Source: an uncultured Acidobacteriota bacterium (GTDB taxonomy: Bacteria > Acidobacteriota > Blastocatellia > Pyrinomonadales > Pyrinomonadaceae). Taken from it: 64,000 nt of DNA. Position 1 is the first letter of the stretch. Every line of letters begins with the position of its first letter. The notes beneath the pieces were generated by a model. The model was not told where the DNA came from. It ran no database searches and worked only from the letters and a program-made list of their open reading frames with translations. This document shows positions 1-9,609 of this stretch, one piece after another. A program made the translations under genes and the position numbers. The stretch spans positions 396,940 through 460,939 of the forward strand of contig CAVYOP010000014.1 of the NCBI GenBank assembly GCA_963770215.1, read 5' to 3'.

Positions 1-3000
1 ATGTTGGAAGATCTGACTTGGCGACACTCTCAGTCCGGCGAGACGAGCGCGCGCTGACACCTGAATGCTGAGAATCGAATCGCCACCGAGTTCAAAGAAG
101 TTATCGTGAATGCCAACGCGATCCACCTTGAGAACTTCAGCCCAAAGATCGCACAGCACACATTCGACGGAGGTGCGTGGCGCAACGTAGCCGTCTTCAT
201 CAGGGAGATCGGGCTTCGGCAGGGCGCGGCGATCGAGCTTGCCACTCGGCAAACGCGGCAACGCGGCGACTACCGTGAAGCTCGACGGGATCATGTGTTT
301 CGGCACACAACCTGCCAAAAAGTTTCGCAACTCAGTTGAAGTCGTTTTTAGCCGCGGATGCAGGCTGATGTAAGCAGCGAGATGCCGGACGCCTTCGGTG
401 AGATCGTTGGGTATGACAGCCGCCTCACGCACCGCTTCGTGGCGTAGCAATGCCGCCTCGATCTCGGCTGGCTCGATGCGATAGCCGCGAATTTTCACCT
501 GTTGATCGACGCGTCCGAGAAACTCGATCTGTCCATCGGTGCCGGTACCGCGCTAAATCACCCGTGCGATAAAGCCGCGCGCCTGGTAAAAGGCTAAACG
601 GATCGGGAATGAACTTCTGCGCGGTCAATGCCGGATCGCCAAGATAGCCGCGACTAACGCCGGCTCCGCCTATGTACAACTCACCGCGCGCGCCGATAAC
701 TGCGGGCTCGAGTTGCCGGCCTAAAATGTAGTGCCTGAGTGTTAGCGACCGGCCAGCCGATGGATACACCCGTCGTCACGTTACTTCGAGATCGCACATC
801 GTGGCGACGATCGCTGCTTCCGTTGGTCCATAAGTGTTTACCAGCCGGATTCGTCGCCCAACATTTCTGTGCCATCGCTCGACTCTTTCAGCCAGCGCCT
901 GGTCGCCGCCAATGATCACAAGTCGCAAGCTCGCCGGCCACAGCCCAATCAATGGAGATCAGCTCGTGCCAGTAAGTGGTAGGAAGATCCAGCACTGTTA
1001 ACTTCTTTTCGCCGGCACTCTTGCAGAAACTCCGCCGGAGCTTTTGGCACTTCACCGTCACGCAGCACGAGAGTCGCGCCGCTTGTCAGGCTCGTGAAGA
1101 TCTCTTCCACACTGGTGTCGAAGTTGAACGACGAGAATTGAAGGATGCGATCCTGCGGCGCGATCTCGAATGCGAAATTCGCCGCCCGGATATAGTTCGC
1201 CAGCGAACCGTGTTGGACCATCACGCCTTTCGGCGTTCCGGTCGAGCCCGAGGTGTAAATCACATAGGCGAGATTGTCGGCGGTTGCGGCAGACGCGGGA
1301 TCGGCATCACTCTCAGCGTCAATCGCCACGGCCTCAGTCTCCAAAAACTGTTCGGTGAGCAGCAGCGCAGCGCCACTATCTTCGAGCATGAACGCCAGAC
1401 GTTCTTTCGGATACGCAGGATCGAGCGGCACGTAAGCGCCACCGGCCTTAAGCACCGCAAGCACGCACGTCAGCATTGCCGCCGAACGCGGAACGCAGAT
1501 GCCGACACGGATCTCTGGTCCAACGCCGCGCTCGCGCAGGTAGTGCGCCAACTGATTGGCGCGTTTGTTCAATTCGCGATAGCTCAGCGTTTCCTGGCCT
1601 GCCACAATCGCGATCTGATCGGGTGCGCCGGCCGACTTGCTGCGCGAACGATTCATGCACGCAAATGAGCGGTGCAAAGTTCGCGCGCGTGTCGTTCCAG
1701 TCGTATAAGATTTTTGGCGTATGGCCGTTAAAAGTAATGGCAATGCTGCCAGGCTGACTGACGGATCGGCCACGATACTCTCGAGCAGGACGTGAAAATG
1801 TTCGCCCAGACGTTCGATGGTCGATGCGTCAAACAGATCGGTGTTGTACTCGAACGACGCGTCGAGTCCGGAGTCAACTTCAGTCGCTGTTAGCGACAGA
1901 TCAAACTGCGCGGCACGTTGGTCTAACGCCAATGATTCCACTGCGAGATCGCCGAGTTTCAATGCAATGTCGCCTTTCTGAAAGGCAAACATCGCCTGAA
2001 ACAAAGGAGAGCGCGCCGGATCGCGTTCCGGTTGTAGCTCCTTGACGAGCAGATCGAACGGATAATCCTGATGCTCGAAAGCCGCGAGAGTACAGTCTCG
2101 CGCGTGCCAGCGAGAAACTCCGAGAACGATCGCTCGCCTGAAAGCTTCGCTCGCAGCACTAACGGATTGACGAAATAGCCGATTGTTCCGGCAAACTCCG
2201 CTGAGCCACGACCCGACGACGGCGAACCGACCAGGATCTCGTCCTGGCCTGCATACCGATGCAGCAGCACCTGAAACGCAGCGAGCAGAGTCATAAATAA
2301 AGTGGCTTCATGGCTGAACGCGAGTCTCTTCAATCGCTGCGTTAATTGCAGGTCCAACCTTGCTGACACTGTCGCGCCGCGATAACTCGGAACTACGGGA
2401 CGTGCGCGATCCGCAGGCAAATCGAGCACCGGTAACTCGCCCGCTAGCTGTTGCAACCAGTAATTTCGTAAACGCACGCCAGCGGGACCGGCGAGCATTT
2501 CAGCCTCGCTGCGAACGTAGTCTGAATAGGATCGGATTAGAGGCAAAGCGGCCGGACGGCCACCGACTTCCGCTTCGTACAACGAGGCCAGTTCGCGTTG
2601 CAGAACTGCCAGCGACCAGTAGTCGACGATAATGTGATGCGCGCTGAGCAGCAGCACGTACTCACGCTGAGATCTCTCTAATAGCAAAGCGCGCAGCAAC
2701 GGCCCGTGCTCGAGATCGAAAGTGGTCCAGGCTTCGTCCTGCAGACGATTGCGCTAATTCCTCTTCGGACCAACGCACCGCATCCTCGATGACAAGACGG
2801 ACCTCGGAATTTTCCTGAATGACGCACAGCGGCGCGCCTTCGCGGGTTGGAAAGCGTGCGCGCAACATCGAATGCCGCTGAATCAAGATGCTGAACGCGC
2901 GTTGCAGCGCTCGCGTATCAATCTCACCACGGAGACGCGCGGCAACCGAGACGTTATAAGCCGTGCTTTCCGGCGAGACGTGTTGAATGGCCCAAAGCGC

Positions 3001-3111
3001 CTGTTGTCCATGCGACAAATGATGCTCACCATGCTGGTCCGTCGTGACCGCCGGTGTTGCCGCAAACGATCGTTCCGCGCAGGCGAGTATTTCAGCTGGT
3101 GAGATCCGCAA
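1..3111 (-). pseudogene. Non-ribosomal peptide synthetase module (condensation-adenylation-thiolation). The 3' end runs off the window start. The frame is broken at least five times (true pseudogene or indel errors).
   Basis: C domain is in ORFs 2662..3111 and 1959..2699 (HHIIVDYWS = HHxxxD motif). A domain is in ORF 949..2004 (LAYVIYTSGSTGTPKGV) plus fragments 681..875 and 425..769 ([24 protein letters not shown]). My minus-strand translation of 1..545 continues [20 protein letters not shown] ... [13 protein letters not shown] (PCP core). The pieces lie in different frames. Confidence 0.85.
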
Positions 3112-5173
3112 TAGTTGGGTTTCGCAGAAAGTTCGTCGACGACAGTCTTACGCCGAGACTGGTTTCGACTGTATGCGTCAATTCGACGGCCAGCAAAGAG
3201 TCGACGCCGTAGCGCGCGATCGGTTGGCGAGCTTCGATCAGCGGACCATCAACATTCAGTCGCGCACTCAACAACACTCGCAGCCATCGCTCAACAGTCT
3301 CCGGATTCAACTCGTCCGGCGCGACAGGCGTGAAACTGTTTCGCTCGTCAGTCGCGCGCCATTCGGCGATCACACTCAAGCTGTTCTTAAGAAATCCATC
3401 TCGACAAGCGCCACGTCTAATTTTCCCGCTGGACGTTTTCGGAATTGTGCCGGACCTGATCAGCACTACCGCCGCAGGCTGTATTTCAAACTCCTCCGCG
3501 ATTACCGCGCGGATCGTTTGTATGATCGCCTGCCCATAGCTTTGCACAAAAAGTGCGTTATTACGTGAAGCTGTCTCCCGCAAAGGCGCAAAGACGCAAA
3601 GCGCTGCCGCGTTTCGCTGGACTTTCTTTGCGCCTTTGCGCCTTTGCGGGAGAATATCCTTCGCAGCGGACGTTTTTGTGCAAAGCCCCTGCCCATCGTT
3701 CTTACGACTCGTCTCGATCTCCTGGACCACCACCAAACGCTCTTCACTCTGAACCTCAATCGAAAACGCCGCACCCGCATCAGGCTTGAGTGCCGCGTGA
3801 CAACTCTGCACAGCACGCTCGATGTCCTGTGGATAATGGTTGCGGCCACGGATGATGATCAGATCTTTCAGACGTCCCGTGACGAACAGCTCGCCATCGC
3901 GAACGAACCCGAGATCGCCAGTGCGCAGAAATCTCCCACCAGATGAGAGTCGCGCATTAAAAGTATTTTCAGTCTCTTCCGGACGATTCCAATAACCGGC
4001 CGCCACGCCGAGTCCGGAAACCCAAACCTCGCCTACCTCGCTACGCTCGCACTCGCGCAACGACTCCGGATTGACGATCACGATCTCGGTACCCAGTGTG
4101 GCCCGACCGCAACCCACCAAGGTTCGCGAATCGACAGTGCCATAAACTGGTCCAACACCTCTTCGTCCGCCGGTGACTTTCAGCGTCGCTTCGGCCAATC
4201 CGTACGCCGGATAGAACGCCTGCCGCCGAAAACCGCACGGCGCAAACGCGGCAATAAATCTTTCCAATGTCTGATAAGACACGGGTTCCGCGCCGTTGTA
4301 AGCGACACTCCAGGAGCTAAGATCGAGCGACGCGCGTTGTGCTTCGTCGACCCGGCGCACGCACAAGTCATAAGCGAAGTTTGGACCACCACTGTGCGTC
4401 ACGCGGTAGCGCGTGATCGCCTGTAGCCAGCGGGCCGGATTTTGTAACAGCGCGGCGGGCGACATAAGCAGCCCCGTAAAACCGCTGTAAAGTGGTTGAA
4501 TGATTCCATCAACCAACCCCATATCGTGAAAATGCGGCAGCCACGACAGCGACACGCTTTGTGGACCATGCTCGAACCCGTGTTGAATGTAGGCAGAGTT
4601 TTCCAGAACATTGGCATGCGTCACCATCACGCCTTTAGGCGTAGACGTCGAGCCCGACGTGTACTGGAGATAGGCCAGCGCATCGCCGTTGGTCGTTGGC
4701 GGCAGCCATTGCGCAGCTTCGTCGTTCGAAAGATCGTCGGACGTCAACCATTCGAACTGTAGCCGTTCGACTCTTGATAAAACCTGTCGCGTGGTTAACG
4801 CGGCGGCTGCCTGCGCGTCACTCGCGATAGCTTGAAAACGGCCGAACCCGCGCTTCGTTTGCGGCAAGCTGACGGGAACCGCAACAGCGCCGGCGTACAG
4901 ACATCCGAAGAAAGCCGCGATGAAGTCAAGACCCGGAGGGTAGGCCAACAGCACGCGCTCGCGTTGCAAACCTCTGTTCTGTAACAAAGCTGCAACAGCA
5001 CGCGCGCGCAAATCGAGTGCGCCGTAGGTGATGGATGACGTCTCGCTTTCTTCGTCCGCGAGAAAACGATAAGCCGCGAGCGTTGGCTCGTTGAGGCTTC
5101 TAAAGCGTAGGAGATCGATCAGGGTAGATAGTTTGGTCTCAGTTTCAACCGGACAAAGAGAGGGATAATGCAT
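3092..5173 (-). CDS. Fatty acyl-AMP ligase fused to an acyl carrier domain (lipoinitiation module). It carries a 53-codon in-frame insertion.
   Basis: 693-aa ORF with YLQYTSGSTSTPKGVMVTHANVL, RTGDLGF and PKTSSGKIRR (adenylate-forming cores). C-terminal ARYGVDSLLAVEL is a phosphopantetheine attachment motif. ATG at 5173. It overlaps the start of the NRPS C domain by 20 nt. Confidence 0.85.
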   Translation of the reverse strand: MHYPSLCPVETETKLSTLIDLLRFRSLNEPTLAAYRFLADEESETSSITYGALDLRARAVAALLQNRGLQRERVLLAYPPGLDFIAAFFGCLYAGAVAVPVSLPQTKRGFGRFQAIASDAQAAAALTTRQVLSRVERLQFEWLTSDDLSNDEAAQWLPPTTNGDALAYLQYTSGSTSTPKGVMVTHANVLENSAYIQHGFEHGPQSVSLSWLPHFHDMGLVDGIIQPLYSGFTGLLMSPAALLQNPARWLQAITRYRVTHSGGPNFAYDLCVRRVDEAQRASLDLSSWSVAYNGAEPVSYQTLERFIAAFAPCGFRRQAFYPAYGLAEATLKVTGGRRGVGPVYGTVDSRTLVGCGRATLGTEIVIVNPESLRECERSEVGEVWVSGLGVAAGYWNRPEETENTFNARLSSGGRFLRTGDLGFVRDGELFVTGRLKDLIIIRGRNHYPQDIERAVQSCHAALKPDAGAAFSIEVQSEERLVVVQEIETSRKNDGQGLCTKTSAAKDILPQRRKGAKKVQRNAAALCVFAPLRETASRNNALFVQSYGQAIIQTIRAVIAEEFEIQPAAVVLIRSGTIPKTSSGKIRRGACRDGFLKNSLSVIAEWRATDERNSFTPVAPDELNPETVERWLRVLLSARLNVDGPLIEARQPIARYGVDSLLAVELTHTVETSLGVRLSSTNFLRNPTIADLTS
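3529..3696. mobile_element. MITE-like 150-bp palindromic element (3538..3687) flanked by a 9-bp direct repeat CCTGCCCAT (3529..3537 and 3688..3696), inserted inside the FAAL coding sequence.
   Basis: Terminal inverted repeat (A/G)GCTTTGCACAAAAA at 3538..3552 versus 3673..3687. Inner 28-bp inverted repeat at 3574..3601 and 3626..3653 with one mismatch (three tandem CGCAAAG-type octamers). The identical 9-mer on both flanks looks like a target-site duplication. Confidence 0.75.
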
Positions 5174-5274
5174 GGCGCCTTGTGATCATGTTTCCTACCG
5201 GGTCATTTGAGTTAAATGCAAAGTATAGCGATAAAGTTTTCGGTCGAGTGTTGCGTTTGTCCTGCAATCTGCCA

Positions 5275-6495
5275 TTAACCGCCAAACAACAGCCGGCCGA
5301 CCTTGTTCGCCAAATCGTAATCGCCCATGATGTGAATCTTCCCTTGATCGAATGCAGCAATGCTGTTGAGTCTGCCGTTGACGAGATCGAGCAGATCGGC
5401 GGCTGAAATTCGCACCGTGCAATCCGCGTCGCCATCCACGGCTTCGGCCACGCCCTGCGAGTCTTGCAACGTCAACATCCACGTTCCACCACCGTCGCCA
5501 ACATCAAACTTGCACCTGCCACTAACTCCCGCGAGCGACGCGTTTCCGTTCTTCAATAACTGTGGAACGTAATCGCGAAACATCACTTCGACGCTCGAAA
5601 CTATGTCGGTTTCTTCCGTCACAATTCCCGCGGGCAAATAAGGCGACGGCGCGTTGTCCCAATCGTCTCCGACCGGCGGGTAGTCCAGCCGATCGAGCAA
5701 ACGATTCATCTTCTCAAGCAGATCGCCGGGGACGTTTGAACGGGAAATAGTCGAACCGCGTCCAATCGAATCGGTCTTGATCTTCTTCGTGAAAAGAACT
5801 TTTCGGTCTCCCGATCCCTGATCGTGCTGAGTTGAAAAGACTTCATTCAGAAGTTTTTCATTCCATTCCAACCCCATTGCAGCAAACATTGCCGATAACG
5901 TTTGCGAAGGCTCGGTGACTAAGTTTTCATACTTGATGCGAAAGTACTGCTCCGGGTGCGCCAGCTCAAACTCGAGCAATGCGCTCGTCTTTTCAATCCA
6001 GCTATCCACCATCGCGGCGACGATGTTGTCAGGCCGCTTCTGAACATAAGGAACCAGCTCCGGCAGAAAACCGAGGCGGCTGCACTCGATGCTTGAATGC
6101 ACCACATCCATGCAGTTGCGATAAAGACAGACGTATCTCGCGTCAGGGAAAACGTCGTCGAGAAGATTCAGGTATCGCAAGTTTTCCGTGGTCTTCTCGC
6201 ACCACATCTGCTTGCCTTTCGCCCTTACGTAACGTTCCATCAACTCGTCGACGATGCGCCTTATCTCAACAGCCACCAACCGCTCCCGCATCGTCTCATC
6301 CGTCACTTCCATCGTCTGCCCGAGCGAAAACAAGATGGAGGTGTAGAGACTGCTGCAAAGCTGTCCGAGATGAAGATGGGCCGGACTGCAAACTTGCGGG
6401 TGCGTATCGATGATGTAACGAAGCAACGTCGAACCTGAACGTTCGTGTGACAGAACGAACAGAGGTGCTGCCGGTGATTGATTCTCCGAGACCAT
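5275..6495 (-). CDS. Sulfotransferase family protein with a C-terminal SCP2 sterol/lipid-binding domain.
   Basis: 406-aa ORF. N-terminal SHERSGSTLLRYIID is a PAPS-binding 5'-PSB-like loop. The C-terminal ~100 aa (TVRISAADLLDLVNGRLNSIAAFDQGKIHIMGDYDLANKV) resembles SCP2. ATG at 6495, 16 nt after the ABC exporter stop. Confidence 0.75.
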   Translation of the reverse strand: MVSENQSPAAPLFVLSHERSGSTLLRYIIDTHPQVCSPAHLHLGQLCSSLYTSILFSLGQTMEVTDETMRERLVAVEIRRIVDELMERYVRAKGKQMWCEKTTENLRYLNLLDDVFPDARYVCLYRNCMDVVHSSIECSRLGFLPELVPYVQKRPDNIVAAMVDSWIEKTSALLEFELAHPEQYFRIKYENLVTEPSQTLSAMFAAMGLEWNEKLLNEVFSTQHDQGSGDRKVLFTKKIKTDSIGRGSTISRSNVPGDLLEKMNRLLDRLDYPPVGDDWDNAPSPYLPAGIVTEETDIVSSVEVMFRDYVPQLLKNGNASLAGVSGRCKFDVGDGGGTWMLTLQDSQGVAEAVDGDADCTVRISAADLLDLVNGRLNSIAAFDQGKIHIMGDYDLANKVGRLLFGG

Positions 6496-6511
6496 CGTTT
6501 TAGTTGGTGTT

Positions 6512-8164
6512 TTAGTTAGTGCTGACGGCGACCGACGATTTTAAAGACGTCAGAATTTCCTGCTCCATCTTTCCGTAGTTCAACTTGAGAATGCGATCGG
6601 CCACGTGAAAGTAGCGATCGTCGTGACTGATGACAAAAACTGTCTTTCCTCTGGCCTTGAGCTCAGGCAAGAGCCGAAAGTAGAAAATCTCTTTGAAGAG
6701 TGGATCCTGATCTGCCGCCCACTCGTCGAAAACGTAGAAAGGACGATCCTCCAGGTACGCGGTCAGCAACGCGAGCCGCTTGCGCTGACCGTGAGACAGA
6801 TCCGTAGTCGAAAGCACTCCGTCTATCACCTGCACTTTGCGATCGAGTTGCAAGCGCTGCAAATACTGAAGCGCCTGTTCATCCAAAGCGCCGGCATTCA
6901 ATCCCAGCAAACTTTCAAATAGATAGAAATCTGAAAAGACCGCGGCGAAGAGCTCGCGATACTGAGCGCGCGTTTCGTCTGTGATCTGTTCACCGTCGAG
7001 ATAGACGGCGCCTTCGTCGGGTGCATACAAGCCGGTAAGAAGCTTTGCGAGAGTCGTCTTGCCACTGCCGTTGCCGCCAACCAGAAACACGAGCTCAGCA
7101 GGCCGCAGGATCAAATCGATTGGACCAAGCTTGAACCCATCACCATCTTCCGTGTCGTAAGCGTGAGTCACGCCTTGCAACTTCAAACTCTCGTAGCCTT
7201 TGCCTTGTGAACTTTCAGCAGTGGGACGTGTGACACTTTCCGCCGCCAGCGACAACCCCATCGCTTCGATCTGCTGCAAGGCGACGTTGGCGCGGCCCAG
7301 CATCGGCAAAGCGCTCATGATTACTTCCAACGGCGGCAACAGGTAAAGAATGACGAGGCTGTAGCCAATGGTGGTGGCGGTCGTTGTCGGTTGCAGAACC
7401 GGCAGCGCGAAGATCAGTAATCCGATCAGAATGAAGATCAACAGGTGACCGAAACTGGCCGCGAGCGCGTAGATAGCGTCGCCCACCGACGCTTTGTGAC
7501 GAAAAGAGAGCGCGGCGTGTTCGAGCTGGTCGTGAAAGAAAGCGGCGCGGCGCGCCTCGTGCAGCTTGAGTTCCTTGTTGCCGTCGATCAGCGATCGAAA
7601 GTGTTTGAACAAAGCGTTCAGCTCATGCCGGCTCGCACCGAGATAATTCATGGCCCGCCTGAGTGGCAGTTGATAACAGAGCACGCCGAAGAGCAGAAAA
7701 CCGAAGACGCCCGCTAATGCCGGTAACGACAACCAACCCAGATAACCAAGACACGTGACCACCACCACGATGTGAACGACGAGCATCGGTGTGGCGCTGA
7801 GTGCGCCTGCGATCACCGAAACATCGTCGGTGAGGGTCGCGAGCAAACGCGGCGCGCCCAGTTTTTCCAGGTGCTGAAGCGGCGCGGCGAGAATTCGCGC
7901 CGACAGTTCAAGACGTAATTTAAACGTGACTCGATGCGCGAGTTGGACCAGGAAGATCCACGAAGCAGCGCGACTGACGAACATCGCCAGACATAACAAC
8001 GCAAAACTCCAGATCAGCGTGTCGCGAGCCGCGTCCGACTTGCTGAGCACAGAGTTGATGACGATCAAGAGGCCGGTGTTGCTGGCGCCCGCGACGATAC
8101 CAGCCAACACCGCGAGACTGACGGTACCGAGCGACGACCGCAGAAGAAACACGACTAGCTTCAT
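6512..8164 (-). CDS. Cyclic-peptide export ABC transporter (fused permease-ATPase, SyrD/YojI-like).
   Basis: 550-aa ORF. N-terminal half is hydrophobic with six predicted TM segments. Walker A GGNGSGKTTLAKLL, signature LSHGQRKRLALL, Walker B FYVFDEWAADQD. Confidence 0.85.
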   Translation of the reverse strand: MKLVVFLLRSSLGTVSLAVLAGIVAGASNTGLLIVINSVLSKSDAARDTLIWSFALLCLAMFVSRAASWIFLVQLAHRVTFKLRLELSARILAAPLQHLEKLGAPRLLATLTDDVSVIAGALSATPMLVVHIVVVVTCLGYLGWLSLPALAGVFGFLLFGVLCYQLPLRRAMNYLGASRHELNALFKHFRSLIDGNKELKLHEARRAAFFHDQLEHAALSFRHKASVGDAIYALAASFGHLLIFILIGLLIFALPVLQPTTTATTIGYSLVILYLLPPLEVIMSALPMLGRANVALQQIEAMGLSLAAESVTRPTAESSQGKGYESLKLQGVTHAYDTEDGDGFKLGPIDLILRPAELVFLVGGNGSGKTTLAKLLTGLYAPDEGAVYLDGEQITDETRAQYRELFAAVFSDFYLFESLLGLNAGALDEQALQYLQRLQLDRKVQVIDGVLSTTDLSHGQRKRLALLTAYLEDRPFYVFDEWAADQDPLFKEIFYFRLLPELKARGKTVFVISHDDRYFHVADRILKLNYGKMEQEILTSLKSSVAVSTN

Positions 8165-8255
8165 AAACTGGTTAATGATTTTCGATTTTTACCGGGCAGG
8201 GAGGACTACAGTTGACCATCCACCGAACGATTCAGTCAACCCTGCCCCGAGATCG

Positions 8256-8715
8256 GTAGTGGTACAGTTTGACTATGTGCTAGTACGCCGAAGGCGTTCA
8301 CTAATTCCAGCCCAGGGTTGCTTCAACCCTGGGTTGAGTCCTGGATTAACCGTAAAACTCTGAAAGAGTTTCAATTTTGCAACCGAACACTTTCAGTGTT
8401 TTCTAATTCTCTTCTGCTGTACCCAGGGTTGCTTCAACCCTGGGTTGAGTCCTGGATTAACCGTAAAACTCTGAAAGAGTTTCAATTTTGCAACCGAACA
8501 CTTTCAGTGTTTTCTAATTCTCTTCTGCTGTACCCAGGGTTGCTTCAACCCTGGGTTGAGTCCTGGATTAACCGTAAAACTCTGAAAGAGTTTCAATTTT
8601 GCAACCGAACACTTTCAGTGTTTTCTAATTCTCTTCTGCTGTACCCAGGGTTGAAGCAACCCTGGGCTGGAATTAGTGAACGCCTTCGGCGTACTAGTTA
8701 AAACTGTACTACTAC
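8256..8715. mobile_element. MITE-like element, family 1, with long terminal inverted repeats and an internally triplicated 111-bp core.
   Basis: The left end (GTAGTGGTACAGTTT ... TAGTACGCCGAAGGCGTTCACTAATTCCAGCCCAGGGTTGCTTCAACCCTGGG) is the reverse complement of the right end (8644..8715). A diverged single-core copy lies at 38984..39227. Confidence 0.8.
8311..8643. repeat. Three head-to-tail, apparently identical 111-bp tandem units inside the family-1 element.
   Basis: Unit starts are at 8311, 8422 and 8533. Each unit holds three small hairpins: CCCAGGGTTG-CTT-CAACCCTGGG, AAACTC-TGAAA-GAGTTT and ACACT-TTC-AGTGT. This creates the perfect 37-aa repeat in track ORF 8318..8701. Confidence 0.9.
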
Positions 8716-8792
8716 GCGAAGATCGCTGGAGTTTGCACCCGCGACGTGGTCTTGTGGGCCCGGCCAACAAATTAAAGCTGGCAAACTAAAAG

Positions 8793-9455
8793 CTAGCGCC
8801 GTCTCTTCATGCTAAGTGCCGTAAACTCGATTGCTTCGCGCGTCCCGCTGCTCTGGTAGAGTTGTACCAGCGCCTTGCGGCGGTCCACTTCTGAATTATC
8901 AACGTCCGGTGCTTCGATGAGGTGCTGAAGGTCGGCTTTGACCTGGTCGTTCGTCTCGTTCTTGAGGCACAGGAGCGTCAACCCGGTGAACGGGAAGCGC
9001 TCGAAATTCTCGAGAAGAAACTCGCGCAACGCAGGGCTGCGACGGAGATGAAACATGATGATTCGATCGACGCCGCGAACGGGGTATTCCGGAAAGGCTG
9101 CGGCGTGCATCAATGCCGACGCGAAGTTATTGAGAATGAGCTCTGCCATGGCTTTGATCTCGTCTAACGAGACCTCATCGCCGGGGTGCCACTCTGCCTC
9201 GCTGTAGAAATACGGCCGCAGTTTCGGGTGCTGGACGAAGAGGAGGAGATGGTTTGAGGTCTCAGTGACAGCACGCTGGATCAGGTATAAATCAGGCTGT
9301 TTCTGGGAGATCTCCAACTGCCGCACGGCAGTATCGATTTGTTCCTTGGCAATGCGAAGCTGTTTTCGGAAGACGGAGAAGTTCAGCAATCCCACCAGCA
9401 CGAGCAGCAGTGTGCCCATGAAACCAAGTACGCCGATAAGCCACTCGATGCCCAT
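8793..9455 (-). CDS. Hypothetical membrane-anchored protein.
   Basis: 220-aa ORF with one N-terminal TM segment (WLIGVLGFMGTLLLVLVGLL). No family recognised. Confidence 0.5.
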   Translation of the reverse strand: MGIEWLIGVLGFMGTLLLVLVGLLNFSVFRKQLRIAKEQIDTAVRQLEISQKQPDLYLIQRAVTETSNHLLLFVQHPKLRPYFYSEAEWHPGDEVSLDEIKAMAELILNNFASALMHAAAFPEYPVRGVDRIIMFHLRRSPALREFLLENFERFPFTGLTLLCLKNETNDQVKADLQHLIEAPDVDNSEVDRRKALVQLYQSSGTREAIEFTALSMKRRR

Positions 9456-9609
9456 TCCCTCTCCCTATCTCCTGAAATAACGCGCGCAATAGAACGTATT
9501 GCGAGTTGGCCCATCGGTCAAGTTGGCCTTTTGCTCGCGGAAACCTTTTGATATTCTCTTCGCCCGTACTGCTCGCGCAACTCAAACCAGACTGCTGTAA
9601 CGTAAATAA

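Noticed and set aside
3538-3687. The extra segment in the FAAL could be the native FAAL-specific insertion motif.
   Set aside because: That motif lies in the N-terminal domain and is about 20 aa. This segment is 53 codons in the C-terminal subdomain, is a DNA palindrome with terminal inverted repeats, and is flanked by an exact 9-bp duplication.
8311-8643. Possible CRISPR array, because of regularly spaced identical repeats.
   Set aside because: The 111-bp units abut directly with no unique spacers. The unit length is far above CRISPR repeat size. The array is enclosed by terminal inverted repeats. No cas genes are in the window.
8318-8701. 127-aa plus-strand ORF with three perfect 37-aa repeats (LQPWVESWINRKTLKEFQFCNRTLSVFSNSLLLYPGL).
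   Set aside because: It is the translation of the triplicated 111-bp core of a palindromic MITE. The same DNA is part of long inverted repeats and hairpins. There is no RBS. The single-core copy at 38984..39227 is not kept in an equivalent frame.
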